64,000 nt of DNA from an uncultured Pelagibacteraceae bacterium (GCA_902569245.1 CACFTO010000001.1:12066-76065), one strand, 5' to 3'. Counted from the stretch's first letter, positions 27,691 through 39,690 are shown. The notes: generated by a model not told the origin, from the sequence alone. Numbers and translations: made by a program.

Positions 27691-28692
27691 ATGAGTCCCT
27701 TAACTAACTGTATAAAAAATAAAGACACTAAAACCAATCCTATATGGTTAATGAGACAAGCAGGAAGATATTTACCTGAATTTCGAGACATAAGAAAAGA
27801 AAATACAGATTTTATAAAACTTTGTTTAAATAGCGATTTAGCATCTGAGATTACGCTTCAACCTATAAAGAGATTTGGATTTGATGGTGCAGTAATATTT
27901 TCCGATATTTTGATGTTACCATATGGTCTTGGTCAAAAAGTAGAATTTGAAAAAAACTTTGGGCCAAAACTTGGAGAAATAGAATTAGATAATATTAAAA
28001 ATGTTGATGAAATTAACTTTACAGAAAAAGTTTATAAAGTTTATAAAGCAATTTCTAAAACTTCTCAGGACCCTTTAATGAATAATAAAGACATGATAGG
28101 ATTTGTTGGGGCTCCATGGACTATTCTTGTATATATGATTAATAGATCATCCCCAAAAAAAGGTCTTAAAGGTGAATTCTTTAAAGATGAATTTTTAATA
28201 AATAGACTACTACAAATCATTGAAAAATTTTTAAAGGTTCATATTAAAAATCAAGTTGAAGCCGGGGCTAAAGTAATTCAAATCTTTGATAGCTGGGCAG
28301 GATTATTAAATGATAAAATTCCTGAATATATTTATATACCCACATTAAATATTGTAGAATATGTTAAACAATTAGGCGTGCCTGTAATTTGTTTTCCAAG
28401 AGGTATTAAAGACTACAAAAATTTTTGCGAAATAGTTAAACCAGATGCGGTAAATATAGATTATGATGTTAATCCAGAAAAAATAGTAAAAGAAATAAAA
28501 ATTCCCATCCAAGGCGGGCTTGATCCTAAAATACTATTAACTGATAAGGAAACTCTAAAAAAAGAAGTGGAAAAATATCTCCATATTTTTAAGGATCATC
28601 CATACATATTTAATTTAGGACATGGAATCTTACCAGAAACTAAAATTGAAATGGTCGAAGATTTGATTAAAATCGTAAGAAACTTTAAATGA
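27691..28692 (+). CDS. hemE: Uroporphyrinogen decarboxylase
   Basis: PIWLMRQAGRYLPE, FSDIL, QIFDSW, NLGHGI. Confidence 0.97.
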   Translation: MSPLTNCIKNKDTKTNPIWLMRQAGRYLPEFRDIRKENTDFIKLCLNSDLASEITLQPIKRFGFDGAVIFSDILMLPYGLGQKVEFEKNFGPKLGEIELDNIKNVDEINFTEKVYKVYKAISKTSQDPLMNNKDMIGFVGAPWTILVYMINRSSPKKGLKGEFFKDEFLINRLLQIIEKFLKVHIKNQVEAGAKVIQIFDSWAGLLNDKIPEYIYIPTLNIVEYVKQLGVPVICFPRGIKDYKNFCEIVKPDAVNIDYDVNPEKIVKEIKIPIQGGLDPKILLTDKETLKKEVEKYLHIFKDHPYIFNLGHGILPETKIEMVEDLIKIVRNFK

Positions 28693-29681
28693 AATCAGAC
28701 CACCCAAAAGTTAATTATGGCAAAACAGGGGTTTTAATTATAAATCTTGGAACACCTGATTCCACTAGTTGGCTAGATATAAGGAAATATTTAAAGGAAT
28801 TTTTATCTGATAGAAGAGTTATTGAAGTAAATCCTCTTATTTGGCAAGTAATTCTTAACTTATTTATACTTACTTTCAGGCCATCAAAGACCGCTAAAGC
28901 CTACAAAGAAATATGGATGAAGGACAAGAACATGTCACCATTAAGATATTTTACTGAAAGTCAAGCACAAAAATTGTCTAAACAAATTGGTAATGAAAAA
29001 ATAATAGTAGATTTTGCTATGAGATATGGGAACCCAAGCATAAAAAGTAAGATTAATGAACTTCATGAAAAAGGTTGTGAGAATTTAATAATACTACCTC
29101 TATATCCTCAATATGCAGCAGCAACTACTGCAACTGTTTGTGATGAAGTATATAGAACTTTAATGAAAATGAGGTGGCAACCAAATTTAAAAATAATTCC
29201 TCATTACGAGTCTGAACCTCTTTATATAAATGCTATTAACAATAGTATTGTAAAAAAAATTAATGAAATTAATTGGAAACCAGACCTAATAGTAGCTTCG
29301 TATCATGGAATACCAAAAAAATATTTTGAAAAGGGAGATCCCTATCATTGCTATTGCCATAAAACTACTAGACTAATTTCTGAAAAATATTCAGATATTA
29401 AAATTATGACAACATTTCAATCTAGATTTGGTCCTCAAGAATGGCTGCAACCCTATACAGATAAAACTTTTGAAGCCTTGCCTAAAGAGGGAAAAAAAAA
29501 TATTTTAGTAATATGTCCTGGTTTTTCATCTGATTGTGTTGAGACTTTAGAAGAAATATCCATCCAGGGGAAAGAAAGTTTTATCAAATCAGGCGGTGAA
29601 AACTTTGAAATGATACCTTGCTTAAATGATAATGAAGATCATATTTCTTTATTCAAACATCTTATTTCAAAAAATTTATAA
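28689..29681 (+). CDS. hemH: Ferrochelatase
   Basis: NLGTP, AMRYGNP, PLYPQY, SYHGIP, WLQPYT, DCVETLEE. Confidence 0.96.
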   Translation: MKSDHPKVNYGKTGVLIINLGTPDSTSWLDIRKYLKEFLSDRRVIEVNPLIWQVILNLFILTFRPSKTAKAYKEIWMKDKNMSPLRYFTESQAQKLSKQIGNEKIIVDFAMRYGNPSIKSKINELHEKGCENLIILPLYPQYAAATTATVCDEVYRTLMKMRWQPNLKIIPHYESEPLYINAINNSIVKKINEINWKPDLIVASYHGIPKKYFEKGDPYHCYCHKTTRLISEKYSDIKIMTTFQSRFGPQEWLQPYTDKTFEALPKEGKKNILVICPGFSSDCVETLEEISIQGKESFIKSGGENFEMIPCLNDNEDHISLFKHLISKNL

Positions 29682-29684
29682 TCA

Positions 29685-30119
29685 ATGAGTGGATATCTTT
29701 TATTTAAATCACTTCATCTAATAGCAGTAATTTCTTGGATGGCAGGTCTTTTATACTTACCAAGAATATTTGTTTACCATGTTGAAAATTTTGAAAAAGA
29801 ACAAGCAACTGAAATTTTTGAGACAATGGAGAGAAAGCTCTATAATTACATAATGCGTCCAGCCATGATTTTATCTTGGGTTTTTGGTATCATACTAATC
29901 TGGATTAATGGCGTTGAAAGTTTTGGTTATTTATGGCTACAAATAAAAATTCTTTTAGTTATAATTTTGACGATTTATCATGAATACCTTGGAAAATGCA
30001 TGCGTTTATTAAAGCTAAAAGAAAATACAAAAACTTCCAAATTTTTTAGGATAATTAATGAAATACCAACAATTTTGCTGATTTTTATAGTTTTTATTGT
30101 AGTTTTTAAACCTATCTAA
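29685..30119 (+). CDS. hemJ: Protoporphyrinogen oxidase HemJ
   Basis: [31 protein letters not shown]. Confidence 0.94.
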   Translation: MSGYLLFKSLHLIAVISWMAGLLYLPRIFVYHVENFEKEQATEIFETMERKLYNYIMRPAMILSWVFGIILIWINGVESFGYLWLQIKILLVIILTIYHEYLGKCMRLLKLKENTKTSKFFRIINEIPTILLIFIVFIVVFKPI

Positions 30120-30177
30120 GGTTGAAATTTTTAATTCAGTATATATATTTGTCTTATCTTTAAAAAAATTTCCACAC

Positions 30178-31449
30178 ATGAATATTCAAGAATTAAAAGA
30201 AAAAAGCTCTGAAAAGTTAATTACTGAGGCTGAAAAACTAGGTATTGAAAACGCTAGTACTTTAAGAAGACAAGAGATTTATTTTGCAATCCTAAAAAAA
30301 CTTGCAGAAAAAGGTGAGGAAATTACTGGGGGCGGAGTTTTACAATTACTCCAAGATGGATTTGGATTCTTACGAGCAATGGAGTCAAATTATTTGCCTG
30401 GAGCGGATGATATATACGTTAGCCCAAGTCAGATAAGAAGATTTGGACTTAGAACCGGTGACACTGTCGAGGGACCAATAAGATCTCCAAAAGATGGAGA
30501 AAGGTATTTCGCACTTTTGCAAGTAAGTAAAATTAATTTTGAAGAACCAGATAAATTTAAGCATAAAATTGCTTTCGATAACTTGACTCCTCTTTATCCA
30601 AATAAACAGTTAGGAATGGAAGTTGAATCAAATAAAACTGAAAAGAAACCTGATTTAACCCCAAGGTTAATCGATTTAGTAAGCCCAATCGGGAAAGGTC
30701 AAAGATCACTAATAATCTCACCACCAAAAGCTGGTAAAACAATGATTTTACAAAGTATAGCTAATTCTATCACTGCTAATCATCCAGAGTGTTACCTAAT
30801 GGTTTTATTAATTGATGAAAGACCAGAGGAAGTAACGGACATGCAGAGAACAGTTAGAGGTGAAGTAATAAGTTCTACATTTGACGAACCTGCACAACGC
30901 CACGTTGCTGTTGCTGAGATGGTGATTGAAAAAGCTAAAAGACTTACAGAACACAAAAAAGATGTAGTTATTTTATTAGACTCAATTACAAGATTAGGAA
31001 GAGCATATAATGCTGTTGTACCTAGTTCAGGAAAAGTTTTAACTGGTGGTGTAGATGCTAATGCCCTTCAAAGACCCAAAAGATTTTTTGGTGCAGCCAG
31101 AAATATTGAGGAGGGTGGTTCTCTCACAATTATTGCAACAGCTCTTATCGATACAGGAAGCAGAATGGACGAAGTGATTTTTGAGGAATTCAAAGGAACT
31201 GGTAACAGTGAAACTATTTTAGATAGAAAGATTTCCGAGAAAAGAATTTATCCAGCTATAGATATAACTAAATCAGGAACAAGAAGAGAAGAACTTATTT
31301 TTGATAAAAATGATCTCCAAAAAATGAATGTTTTAAGAAGAATTATTGCTCCAATGGGATCGATGGATGCAATTGATTTTATAAACTCAAAATTAAAAAC
31401 AACTAAAAATAATGCAGAATTTTTTAATTCAATGAATAAACCATCATAA
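30178..31449 (+). CDS. rho: Transcription termination factor Rho
   Basis: [30 protein letters not shown]. Confidence 0.98.
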   Translation: MNIQELKEKSSEKLITEAEKLGIENASTLRRQEIYFAILKKLAEKGEEITGGGVLQLLQDGFGFLRAMESNYLPGADDIYVSPSQIRRFGLRTGDTVEGPIRSPKDGERYFALLQVSKINFEEPDKFKHKIAFDNLTPLYPNKQLGMEVESNKTEKKPDLTPRLIDLVSPIGKGQRSLIISPPKAGKTMILQSIANSITANHPECYLMVLLIDERPEEVTDMQRTVRGEVISSTFDEPAQRHVAVAEMVIEKAKRLTEHKKDVVILLDSITRLGRAYNAVVPSSGKVLTGGVDANALQRPKRFFGAARNIEEGGSLTIIATALIDTGSRMDEVIFEEFKGTGNSETILDRKISEKRIYPAIDITKSGTRREELIFDKNDLQKMNVLRRIIAPMGSMDAIDFINSKLKTTKNNAEFFNSMNKPS

Positions 31450-31460
31450 TTAACTCTTAT

Positions 31461-33032
31461 CTAAAAACTTTTATTCAATTCTGTACTTACTTCTTTTATG
31501 ACCTTATCCCACTTTAGGTCAGACCCTTGCCTAAAAATCTTTAAATTCTTGTACCATTTAAATAATTTTATATTTATATGCCATCTCCAATCTGGACTAA
31601 AATTTAAAAGTAGCCATGTTTTTATCTCCATGGTTGATGCTAGATGTGCAATTGCGGTATCAGAAGTTATAAGTAAATCAAGATTTTTTAATATAGCAAT
31701 TGTATCTTCAAATGAATTATCATTATTATCTATATCTTTAGAAAAATTTAAAACGTTTTTTTTTAAAATAATTTTATCTAATTCTATTTCACCATGACCT
31801 TTGACCAAACTTATAAAATTTAAATTATTTTGCAAAAATAGATCTTTAAAAGAATTAAAAGGTATAGATCTTGATTTATCTAATATATAACCTGGATCTC
31901 CTTGAAAATTAAAGCCGATCTTTGGTCCTTTTATAGTCTTAATTTTTTCAGACCACTTATTTAAAATAACATTATTTATTTTGATAAAATTTTTATTTTC
32001 TACAAATTTTTTTTCAAGTTTATAAAAAATACCTGGTAGACTTAACAAATATTGAAAATAATCAAATTTAATATTTAAGTTTTGCTTTTCAACTACGTCA
32101 ATACCATCAAAATTAAATAGATGTTTGAGATTTTTATTAACTGCAAAAATAATTTTTACTGAATATTTTTTTTTTAGCGAGATTAAATATCTTGAAAATT
32201 GTATTATATCCCCAATACCCTGTTCAGAAATTACATAAATAACTTTCCCATTTAAATCTTCTCCCTTCCATTCTTTATGATTTTTATTAAAATTTAGCTC
32301 ATAATCTTTTTTATTCTTTCTCTTCTCATAAAGTTTAAACCCATCGTCAAAATTGCAATCTGACAGTTCAGAGATACTAAAGGCAAAAGAAATGAGGTTA
32401 TTTTCAGGAAATATTTCTAATCCCTTTTTTAAAATTTTTTTACTTTCTGATAAGTCGTTTTTTAAAAAAAATGAGGTTCCAAGATTTGCATAGGTATATG
32501 AACTTTTTGAATTGCGTTCTAATGCTATTGATAAAAATTTAATGGATTGATTAATATCCGCATTTAACAGATATGCATAACCTAAATTGTTTATTAAATC
32601 AAAATTGTTAGGATCTTTTTTAAGTTCCATTTTTAAGATATTTATTGCATTATCGTAATCTCTAGTTTTAATTAATACTTTCGCAAATAAATTTGCTACA
32701 TTTGAATCATTAGTATTTAAATTATAAATTTTTTCCAAATAATTTTTGGCATTATCAAATTTATTTTCATTATAACTCATCATACTAAGTAAGAAGTTTG
32801 CATCTCTATGATTGTCTTCAATTGATATTACTTTTCTTAATCTTTCTTGTGATAAACTGAACTTTCTGTTTTCGAAATAAGCAGCTCCTAAAAAAAAGTT
32901 TACTAAGATATCTTCTGGTTTAAGTTTAAAAATTTTTTGGAAAATTTTTTCAGCTTCTGTAAATTTCTTTTTTTTGAATAATTCTAGTCCATCTTTAAAC
33001 TTGATGGAAATCATATTGTCATCTAAAAACAT
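31461..33032 (-). CDS. TPR repeat protein with glycosyltransferase (GT9-like) C-terminal domain
   Basis: TPRs then EQGIGDIIQFSRY, LDLLITSDTAIAHLA, DWRW. Confidence 0.82.
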   Translation of the reverse strand: MFLDDNMISIKFKDGLELFKKKKFTEAEKIFQKIFKLKPEDILVNFFLGAAYFENRKFSLSQERLRKVISIEDNHRDANFLLSMMSYNENKFDNAKNYLEKIYNLNTNDSNVANLFAKVLIKTRDYDNAINILKMELKKDPNNFDLINNLGYAYLLNADINQSIKFLSIALERNSKSSYTYANLGTSFFLKNDLSESKKILKKGLEIFPENNLISFAFSISELSDCNFDDGFKLYEKRKNKKDYELNFNKNHKEWKGEDLNGKVIYVISEQGIGDIIQFSRYLISLKKKYSVKIIFAVNKNLKHLFNFDGIDVVEKQNLNIKFDYFQYLLSLPGIFYKLEKKFVENKNFIKINNVILNKWSEKIKTIKGPKIGFNFQGDPGYILDKSRSIPFNSFKDLFLQNNLNFISLVKGHGEIELDKIILKKNVLNFSKDIDNNDNSFEDTIAILKNLDLLITSDTAIAHLASTMEIKTWLLLNFSPDWRWHINIKLFKWYKNLKIFRQGSDLKWDKVIKEVSTELNKSF

Positions 33033-33215
33033 AATGTATTTTGTACTTTGACCTAAAATGGTCTTTCAATACAAATATCAATTGCTATATGCGGATATGC
33101 AGTTACTGCATAAGATTTAAATCATAATGAATAGATTTAAACTGTATCCCGTGACATTAACTTGTAAGCGTTACAATTTTTGTTTTCTAAAAGTTATTTG
33201 ATTTTTTAGTATTTG
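33033..33215 (-). repeat. 183-bp dispersed repeat copy B, including orphan 3' fragment of a TPR gene (QILKNQITFRKQKL*)
   Basis: Reverse complement aligns ungapped to 5260-5442. Confidence 0.92.
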
Positions 33216-33220
33216 TTTAA

Positions 33221-34081
33221 TTAAATATATCCCAACTCTTTCATTTCTGATTCAAACCTTTTATTTATTTCATCAGAAATACTTCCATCTAGAATATTTC
33301 TCCAATCATTTTTAGGACCTAAATTAAAAAAAGTTTCTTTTTTTCCAGTTTCTAAATTTGTCACACTTTCAAAAAAACCTTCTTTCTCTTCAATTTTTTT
33401 AAGCCTATCAAAACTACTTAATTCAATTGCTTTAGTAATATTTTCATTAGTAAATCTTACTTTTAATAAAGGTTCTAAATAATTAGCTATCCTTTTAAAT
33501 TCCGATTCCGGTTTTTCTATTAGATCTTCATATTTAACTAGAAGATAATTTTTTTTTATTAATTTCCATGAATTGTAATGAGTTTTCCATGAACCGATAA
33601 CTTGGGGAAGTGTAAAAATATTACTCTGCTCAATTTTAGATTTATTGAATATCCCTTTTCTTTCATCAAGAATAAATTCTTTAGATTCTTCCAAACTTTT
33701 ATGATGAAAATGATTGTTTACTGATGAAAGGACATTTCTTGGATCTCTTACAATATGAAGTGTACCAAGGGTATTTTCTTCATTAGTAAAAATACTATTG
33801 TCTAACTTACATAGTGCATTATGAGTTTTGAAAAATCTAATTTTGTTATCAGAGTTAATTATTTTCTGTGCAGCAGTCCAATATTTACAAATTTTATTCA
33901 GATTTCCAAGATCAGGTTTTGACAAATTGAAACCCCTAAAATGATAGTTTGTAGGAAACTGTTTAATACCCTCTAAGTGTTTTAAGCTTACTTCATTATT
34001 TTCTTTTAAAAGAAGAGAAACTACAAAAAATCTAAGCCATGTGTTTCCACTTTTAGGATAAGATGCTAACCAAATTATCAT
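33221..34081 (-). CDS. PAPS-dependent sulfotransferase
   Basis: MIIWLASYPKSGNTW, KTHN, IVRDPRN. Confidence 0.88.
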   Translation of the reverse strand: MIIWLASYPKSGNTWLRFFVVSLLLKENNEVSLKHLEGIKQFPTNYHFRGFNLSKPDLGNLNKICKYWTAAQKIINSDNKIRFFKTHNALCKLDNSIFTNEENTLGTLHIVRDPRNVLSSVNNHFHHKSLEESKEFILDERKGIFNKSKIEQSNIFTLPQVIGSWKTHYNSWKLIKKNYLLVKYEDLIEKPESEFKRIANYLEPLLKVRFTNENITKAIELSSFDRLKKIEEKEGFFESVTNLETGKKETFFNLGPKNDWRNILDGSISDEINKRFESEMKELGYI

Positions 34082-34128
34082 TAATAAAATTATATAATTT
34101 TGGTTAATATAAAACTATAATAATTCTT

Positions 34129-35460
34129 ATGACAATATATGCCCTATCATCTGGAGCTGGAGTTTCAGGTGTAGCTGTTATTAGAGTCTCTGGAATTGGA
34201 ACTAAAGAAATAATTCAAAGTCTCATTAAAGATGAACTGCCCTCACCAAGATTGGCTACACTTAAAAAAATCAGTAAAATCAATACTTCTGAACTAATTG
34301 ATGAGGGATTATTATTATGGTTTCCAGGCCCTGAGAGCTACACAGGTGAAGATATGGCTGAAATACATGTCCATGGTAGTATTGCTGTAATTCGATCAAT
34401 TTTAGACCAATTATCAAAATTAGAAAATTGTAGACTTGCAGAGCCTGGAGAATTTACAAAAATTGCTTTTCAAAATGGAAAAATAAATCTTCTTAAAGCT
34501 GAGAGTATATCCGATCTAATTTCTGCAGAAACTGAAATTCAAAGACAACAAGCACTAAAAATAATGAGTGGTAGAAGTTCTGATAAATTCAATTCTCTTC
34601 GTGAAATGCTTTTAAAAATTTTATCAAACGTTGAGGCTAAAATTGATTTTCCTGAAGATGATCTTCCAGAAGATGTGATAAAAAATATTAAAATAGATTC
34701 TGAAAAAATAAGAAATGAAATTGAAAAAATTTTAAATGATGAAAAAGTTGGAGAAAGAATTAGAGAAGGTTTTAAGATTGCAATTATCGGACCGGCAAAT
34801 GCAGGAAAATCTTCTTTGTTAAATTATCTTTCTAACAGAGATGTGGCTATCGTTTCAGAAATTGCAGGAACAACAAGAGACGTTATCGAAGCTCATTTAA
34901 ATTTGGATGGTTATCCAGTTGTTATCTCTGACACTGCTGGTATTAGAGAGTCTAAAGATGAAATAGAAAAAAAAGGAATTAAATTAGCTCTTAAACGTGC
35001 TGAGGATGCCGATTTAAACATAATAGTAATTGAGCCAAAAAGTATAGATTTTACTGGATTTTTGAATGATTTAGTAAGTGAAAAATCGATAATTGTTATT
35101 AACAAAATTGATCTTGGTTATAAAAATATAAATCAACAAATTGAAAAGTTTAATCCAATTTTTTTATCAATTAAAAATGAAACAAACTTAGATGAGTTAA
35201 TAACCAGAATTAAAGATAAACTAAAAAATAAATTTGTTAGTTCAAACGAAACTCTAATTACTAGAGAAAGACATAGACAAAGTTTAGAAGCTTGTGTTCA
35301 AAATTTAAAAAATTTTGAGGAAAAAAATTCGAAAGAAGATTTTGATAAAGCTGCAGAGGACTTAAGGTTAGCAACAAGACATCTAGGTATGATTGTTGGT
35401 AAAGTAGATGTTGAAGAAATATTAGGTTCCATTTTTAGTGATTTTTGTATAGGCAAATAA
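34129..35460 (+). CDS. mnmE: tRNA modification GTPase MnmE
   Basis: SYTGED, GPANAGKSSL, GTTRD, DTAG, FCIGK. Confidence 0.97.
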   Translation: MTIYALSSGAGVSGVAVIRVSGIGTKEIIQSLIKDELPSPRLATLKKISKINTSELIDEGLLLWFPGPESYTGEDMAEIHVHGSIAVIRSILDQLSKLENCRLAEPGEFTKIAFQNGKINLLKAESISDLISAETEIQRQQALKIMSGRSSDKFNSLREMLLKILSNVEAKIDFPEDDLPEDVIKNIKIDSEKIRNEIEKILNDEKVGERIREGFKIAIIGPANAGKSSLLNYLSNRDVAIVSEIAGTTRDVIEAHLNLDGYPVVISDTAGIRESKDEIEKKGIKLALKRAEDADLNIIVIEPKSIDFTGFLNDLVSEKSIIVINKIDLGYKNINQQIEKFNPIFLSIKNETNLDELITRIKDKLKNKFVSSNETLITRERHRQSLEACVQNLKNFEEKNSKEDFDKAAEDLRLATRHLGMIVGKVDVEEILGSIFSDFCIGK

Positions 35461-35536
35461 GTATTGAAATTGCTTGTTTTTTGAGCATTTTTAAGTGTTT
35501 TCTTGTAAATTTTAAGATCAATAATAAATTAAAGCT

Positions 35537-37408
35537 ATGAAAAATGAGTTGTCATTTGATGTAGTTGTGATTGGTGGTGGTCATGCTGGCTGTGAAGCAG
35601 CAGCAGCATCTGCTAGATTAGGAGTAAATACAGCCTTATTTACACATAAATTTGATACTATTGGTGAGATGTCATGTAATCCAGCTATAGGTGGATTAGG
35701 TAAAGGTCATCTTGTTAGAGAGATAGATGCGCTAGATGGCGTAATGGGTGAAGTTGCAGATAAATCAGGAATACAATTTCGATTATTGAATAGAAGCAGA
35801 GGCCCTGCAGTGCGTGGGCCAAGAACTCAAAGTGATAGATCATTATATAAGAAATATATGCAAGAAAAACTCGTAAATTACTGTAATTTAAGCATTTTTT
35901 CAGATCCTGTAACAGAGTTTATTTTTGTAAAAAACAATATAATTGGTTTTATTACACAAGAAGGTAAAAAAGTACTATCATCTAAAGTAATCCTTACAAC
36001 TGGAACTTTTTTAAATGGTTTAATTCACATTGGTGAAGAAAAAACACCTGCAGGAAGATTTAATGAAAAACCTTCAACAGGTTTAAGTGAACAATTAGAA
36101 AAATATGATTTTAAAATTGGAAGATTAAAAACAGGTACACCTCCAAGATTGGATGCAACGACAATTAATTTCGAAAAACTCGAAGAGCAGCATGCAGATG
36201 AAGATCCATATTTTTTTTCTTTCCTCACAAAAAAAAATATCAACAGACAAATTTCATGTAGGATGACTTATACCAATCAAGCAGTGCATAAGATTATTTC
36301 TAAAAATATAAAAAGTAGTGCTATGTATTCTGGCAGCATCAAAGGAGTTGGTCCAAGATATTGTCCCTCAATAGAAGATAAAATTGTAAAGTTTGCTGAT
36401 AAGCAAAAGCATCAAATATTTTTGGAGCCAGAGGGTTTAAATGATGAAACTATTTACCCTAATGGAATTTCAACTTCTCTTCCAGCTAATATACAGCAAG
36501 AAATATGTAATAATATCAATGGTTTAGAAAATGTTAAGATTTTAAGGCCTGGATATGCAATAGAGTACGATTTTGTGGATCCTCGCGAGCTATTTCTAAC
36601 TTTAGAGACAAAAAAAATAAAAAATCTTTACCTTGCAGGACAAATTAATGGAACCACAGGCTATGAAGAAGCAGCAGCACAAGGACTGATAGCTGGAATA
36701 AATGCTGCTCTCTCTATTAAAGTTAAAGAACCATTTATCCTTGATAGATCTGAGGCATACATAGGTGTTATGATAGACGATTTAGTTACAAAAGGGGTTG
36801 CAGAACCATATAGAATGTTCACATCAAGGGCAGAATATAGGCTATCTTTGAGATCTGATAATGCAGATATTCGACTTACCCAAAAAGGAATTGATATTGG
36901 TTTAATATTAGATGAAAGAAAAATTATATTTAAAGAAAAAGCTTTAAAATTGGAAAAAAGTCTTGAAAAGATGGAAAATTCGCTAATTTCCCCATCTAAA
37001 GCATCTAAATTTGGAATTAACATTGCAAAAGACGGCGTTAAAAGAAATGCAATAGAAATATTAAGGCAAAAGTCAGTAAATATGAGTAAAATTAGGGATA
37101 TTTGGCCAGAAATTGAATATGTTTCACGTGAAATTGATGAGCAAATTGAGATAAAGGCTCATTATAAAGGTTATTTAAAGAAACAAAATGCAGATATTTT
37201 AGCATTCAAAAGGGATGAAAATCTTAAAATACCAGAAAATCTAGACTATGATCAATTTTCTGGATTATCAAATGAAGTTAAGTCAAAATTTAAGATAATA
37301 AAGCCAAAAACACTTGGTCAAGCACTAAGAATAGATGGAATTACTCCAGCAGCAGTATATATTTTGTTGTCTCATGTCAAAAGAAAGTCTATTAAGCATA
37401 TAGCTTGA
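35537..37408 (+). CDS. mnmG: tRNA uridine modification enzyme MnmG (GidA)
   Basis: [42 protein letters not shown]. Confidence 0.98.
   Translation: MKNELSFDVVVIGGGHAGCEAAAASARLGVNTALFTHKFDTIGEMSCNPAIGGLGKGHLVREIDALDGVMGEVADKSGIQFRLLNRSRGPAVRGPRTQSDRSLYKKYMQEKLVNYCNLSIFSDPVTEFIFVKNNIIGFITQEGKKVLSSKVILTTGTFLNGLIHIGEEKTPAGRFNEKPSTGLSEQLEKYDFKIGRLKTGTPPRLDATTINFEKLEEQHADEDPYFFSFLTKKNINRQISCRMTYTNQAVHKIISKNIKSSAMYSGSIKGVGPRYCPSIEDKIVKFADKQKHQIFLEPEGLNDETIYPNGISTSLPANIQQEICNNINGLENVKILRPGYAIEYDFVDPRELFLTLETKKIKNLYLAGQINGTTGYEEAAAQGLIAGINAALSIKVKEPFILDRSEAYIGVMIDDLVTKGVAEPYRMFTSRAEYRLSLRSDNADIRLTQKGIDIGLILDERKIIFKEKALKLEKSLEKMENSLISPSKASKFGINIAKDGVKRNAIEILRQKSVNMSKIRDIWPEIEYVSREIDEQIEIKAHYKGYLKKQNADILAFKRDENLKIPENLDYDQFSGLSNEVKSKFKIIKPKTLGQALRIDGITPAAVYILLSHVKRKSIKHIA
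37120..37135. promoter_or_regulatory. parS site (within mnmG)
   Basis: TGTTTCACGTGAAATT, 14/16 to consensus. Confidence 0.75.
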
Positions 37409-38049
37409 TTGATTCGAAAATAATAAAAACTAATAAAATTTATATCCCAAATGTTTCACGTGAAACACTTAAGGAGTTAGGAGAATATTCTCAGTCAATA
37501 TTAAGCACAAACAAGAAAATAAATTTGATAAGTTCAACTACAGAAAAGTCAATAAATACAAGGCATATTTATGATAGTGCACAAACCGTTGAATTTATTG
37601 ATAAAAATGACATCAAGGTATGTACTGATCTCGGCTCAGGTGCAGGGCTTCCTAGTATAGTTTTAGGTATTTTGATGAAATCTAAAAAGCAAGGTTTTAA
37701 GCTAATTTTTTATGAGAAGAGCTATCATAAGAGCAATTTTTTAAAGGAGATGGTAGAAAAATTTAAATTGGAAGCAAAAGTTTACCAAAAAAATATATTT
37801 GAAGAGAAAAATTTAGTTACAGATGTAATAATTTGTAGAGCATTCAAACCTTTACCTGTGATTTTTGATATAGCAACAAAAAATTTTAAAAATTTTAAAT
37901 ACATAGTCATGTATTTAGGAAAGAGTGGAAAAAAAATTTTAAAAGAAGTCTCAACAAAATGGAAATTTGATATAGAGGAAATGAAAAGTCTTACAAGTAA
38001 TGAGTCATCAGTAGTAAAAATTTCTAATTTAAAAAAAAAATATGAATAA
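37405..38049 (+). CDS. rsmG: 16S rRNA m7G527 methyltransferase RsmG (GidB)
   Basis: [19 protein letters not shown]; operon position. Confidence 0.9.
   Translation: MIDSKIIKTNKIYIPNVSRETLKELGEYSQSILSTNKKINLISSTTEKSINTRHIYDSAQTVEFIDKNDIKVCTDLGSGAGLPSIVLGILMKSKKQGFKLIFYEKSYHKSNFLKEMVEKFKLEAKVYQKNIFEEKNLVTDVIICRAFKPLPVIFDIATKNFKNFKYIVMYLGKSGKKILKEVSTKWKFDIEEMKSLTSNESSVVKISNLKKKYE
37452..37467. promoter_or_regulatory. parS site (within rsmG)
   Basis: Perfect palindrome TGTTTCACGTGAAACA. Confidence 0.92.
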
Positions 38050-38842
38050 AAAAATTATTTCAGTCATAAATCAAAAAGGTGGAGTAGGAAAGACCACAAC
38101 CGTCATCAATCTTGCGGCTGGTCTAACCATGAAAGGAAAAAAAATTCTTGTAATTGATCTTGATCCACAAGGTAATGCTTCAACGGGACTTGGATTATCT
38201 AACGCAACAAGTTCTGATCAAACAATTTACAATGTATTAAATGGAAATAAAAAAATTTCTGAGGTAATCCAGTCAACAAGCTTTGAAAATTTAGATTTGA
38301 TATCTTCAAATGTTGATTTGTCGGGGCTAGAAGTGGAGACAGCCGGAGACAGCCGAAGAGCCTTTAAATTAAAAGACGAATTAACCCCTATTTTAAACAA
38401 TTCTGAGCCATCCTATGATTATGTCATAATTGACTGTCCACCATCTTTAAGCCTCCTAACAATAATGGCATTGGTAGCCTCTGATGCGCTCGTGGTACCA
38501 CTTCAGACAGAATTCTTTGCTTTGGAGGGGCTTACACAGCTCTTGAAAACAATTGAGAGGATAAAGTCAAACTTAAATCCAAATTTAGACATAAGAGGAA
38601 TACTACTGACAATGTATGATAAGAGAAATAAATTATCTGGAGAGGTAGAGACAGAGGCAAGAAATTATTTTAAGGATAAAGTTTATAGCACTGCTGTTCC
38701 AAGAAATGTTAGATTATCAGAAGCACCCTCACACGGTGTCCCAGTTTTAATTTATGATAAGTCATGTCCAGGTAGCAGAGCATATTTTAGTTTTACAGAG
38801 GAATTTCTAAACCAAGATAAACCAGTGGAGAGTGCAGCATGA
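38042..38842 (+). CDS. parA: Chromosome partitioning ATPase ParA
   Basis: NQKGGVGKTTT, DLDPQGNA, DCPPSL, PRNVRLSEAPS. Confidence 0.96.
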   Translation: MNKKIISVINQKGGVGKTTTVINLAAGLTMKGKKILVIDLDPQGNASTGLGLSNATSSDQTIYNVLNGNKKISEVIQSTSFENLDLISSNVDLSGLEVETAGDSRRAFKLKDELTPILNNSEPSYDYVIIDCPPSLSLLTIMALVASDALVVPLQTEFFALEGLTQLLKTIERIKSNLNPNLDIRGILLTMYDKRNKLSGEVETEARNYFKDKVYSTAVPRNVRLSEAPSHGVPVLIYDKSCPGSRAYFSFTEEFLNQDKPVESAA

Positions 38843-39690
38843 TCAATCCGTTTAAATCAAAAAAAGGACTTGGAAGAGGATTGTCTTCCTTAATAGGCGA
38901 TAGTGAAAAAATTGATGATAAAAAAAATATGTCTATAAGTTCACTAGTTAGAAATAAGTATCAACCCAGAAAAAAATTTGACGAGATTAGCCTAGAGGAG
39001 TTAACTAATTCTATAAGAGAGCGAGGCATTATCCAACCTATTATTGTAAGACCATCTTCTGATGAAGAAGATAAATTTGAAATAATAGCTGGAGAAAGAA
39101 GATGGCAAGCAGCACAATATGCAGGACTTCACGAAGTACCAGTAGTTGTTATAAATGTTGATAATCTTAAATCTCTAGAATTTGCCATTGTTGAGAATGT
39201 TCAAAGAGAGGATTTAAATCCAATTGAGGAAGCTGAAGGTTATAAAAGATTAATTGATGAATTTAGCTATGATCAAGATAAAGTTTCGAAATTTATAGGA
39301 AAGAGTCGATCTCATATTTCAAATTGTTTACGACTTTTATCTCTTCCACAAGAAATTATAGAATTAATAATTGAAGAAAAATTATCTCAAGGTCATGCAA
39401 AAATTTTAGTTGGATTGGATAATGCTATTCTTTTAGCAAAGAAAATTATTTCAAAAAAATTATCTGTCAGACAAGCTGAAAGTTTAGTACGCATGTTGAA
39501 ATCTAGTTCTAATAGTCCTTCTAGGAAAAAAGATCCAAATATTGTAAATCTTGAGCAAGAGTTAACAGATAAAATTGGAATGCGAGTTTTTGTTAAAAAT
39601 AAAAAAAATAACTCTGGAACTATAAGCTTAGAGTATAAGGGAGCTGATCAACTTGATAGATTAGTGGAGATTATTAAACAAAATTACTAG
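38839..39690 (+). CDS. parB: Chromosome partitioning protein ParB
   Basis: LGRGLSSL, QPR, AGERRWQA, ENVQREDL, HTH. Confidence 0.96.
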   Translation: MINPFKSKKGLGRGLSSLIGDSEKIDDKKNMSISSLVRNKYQPRKKFDEISLEELTNSIRERGIIQPIIVRPSSDEEDKFEIIAGERRWQAAQYAGLHEVPVVVINVDNLKSLEFAIVENVQREDLNPIEEAEGYKRLIDEFSYDQDKVSKFIGKSRSHISNCLRLLSLPQEIIELIIEEKLSQGHAKILVGLDNAILLAKKIISKKLSVRQAESLVRMLKSSSNSPSRKKDPNIVNLEQELTDKIGMRVFVKNKKNNSGTISLEYKGADQLDRLVEIIKQNY

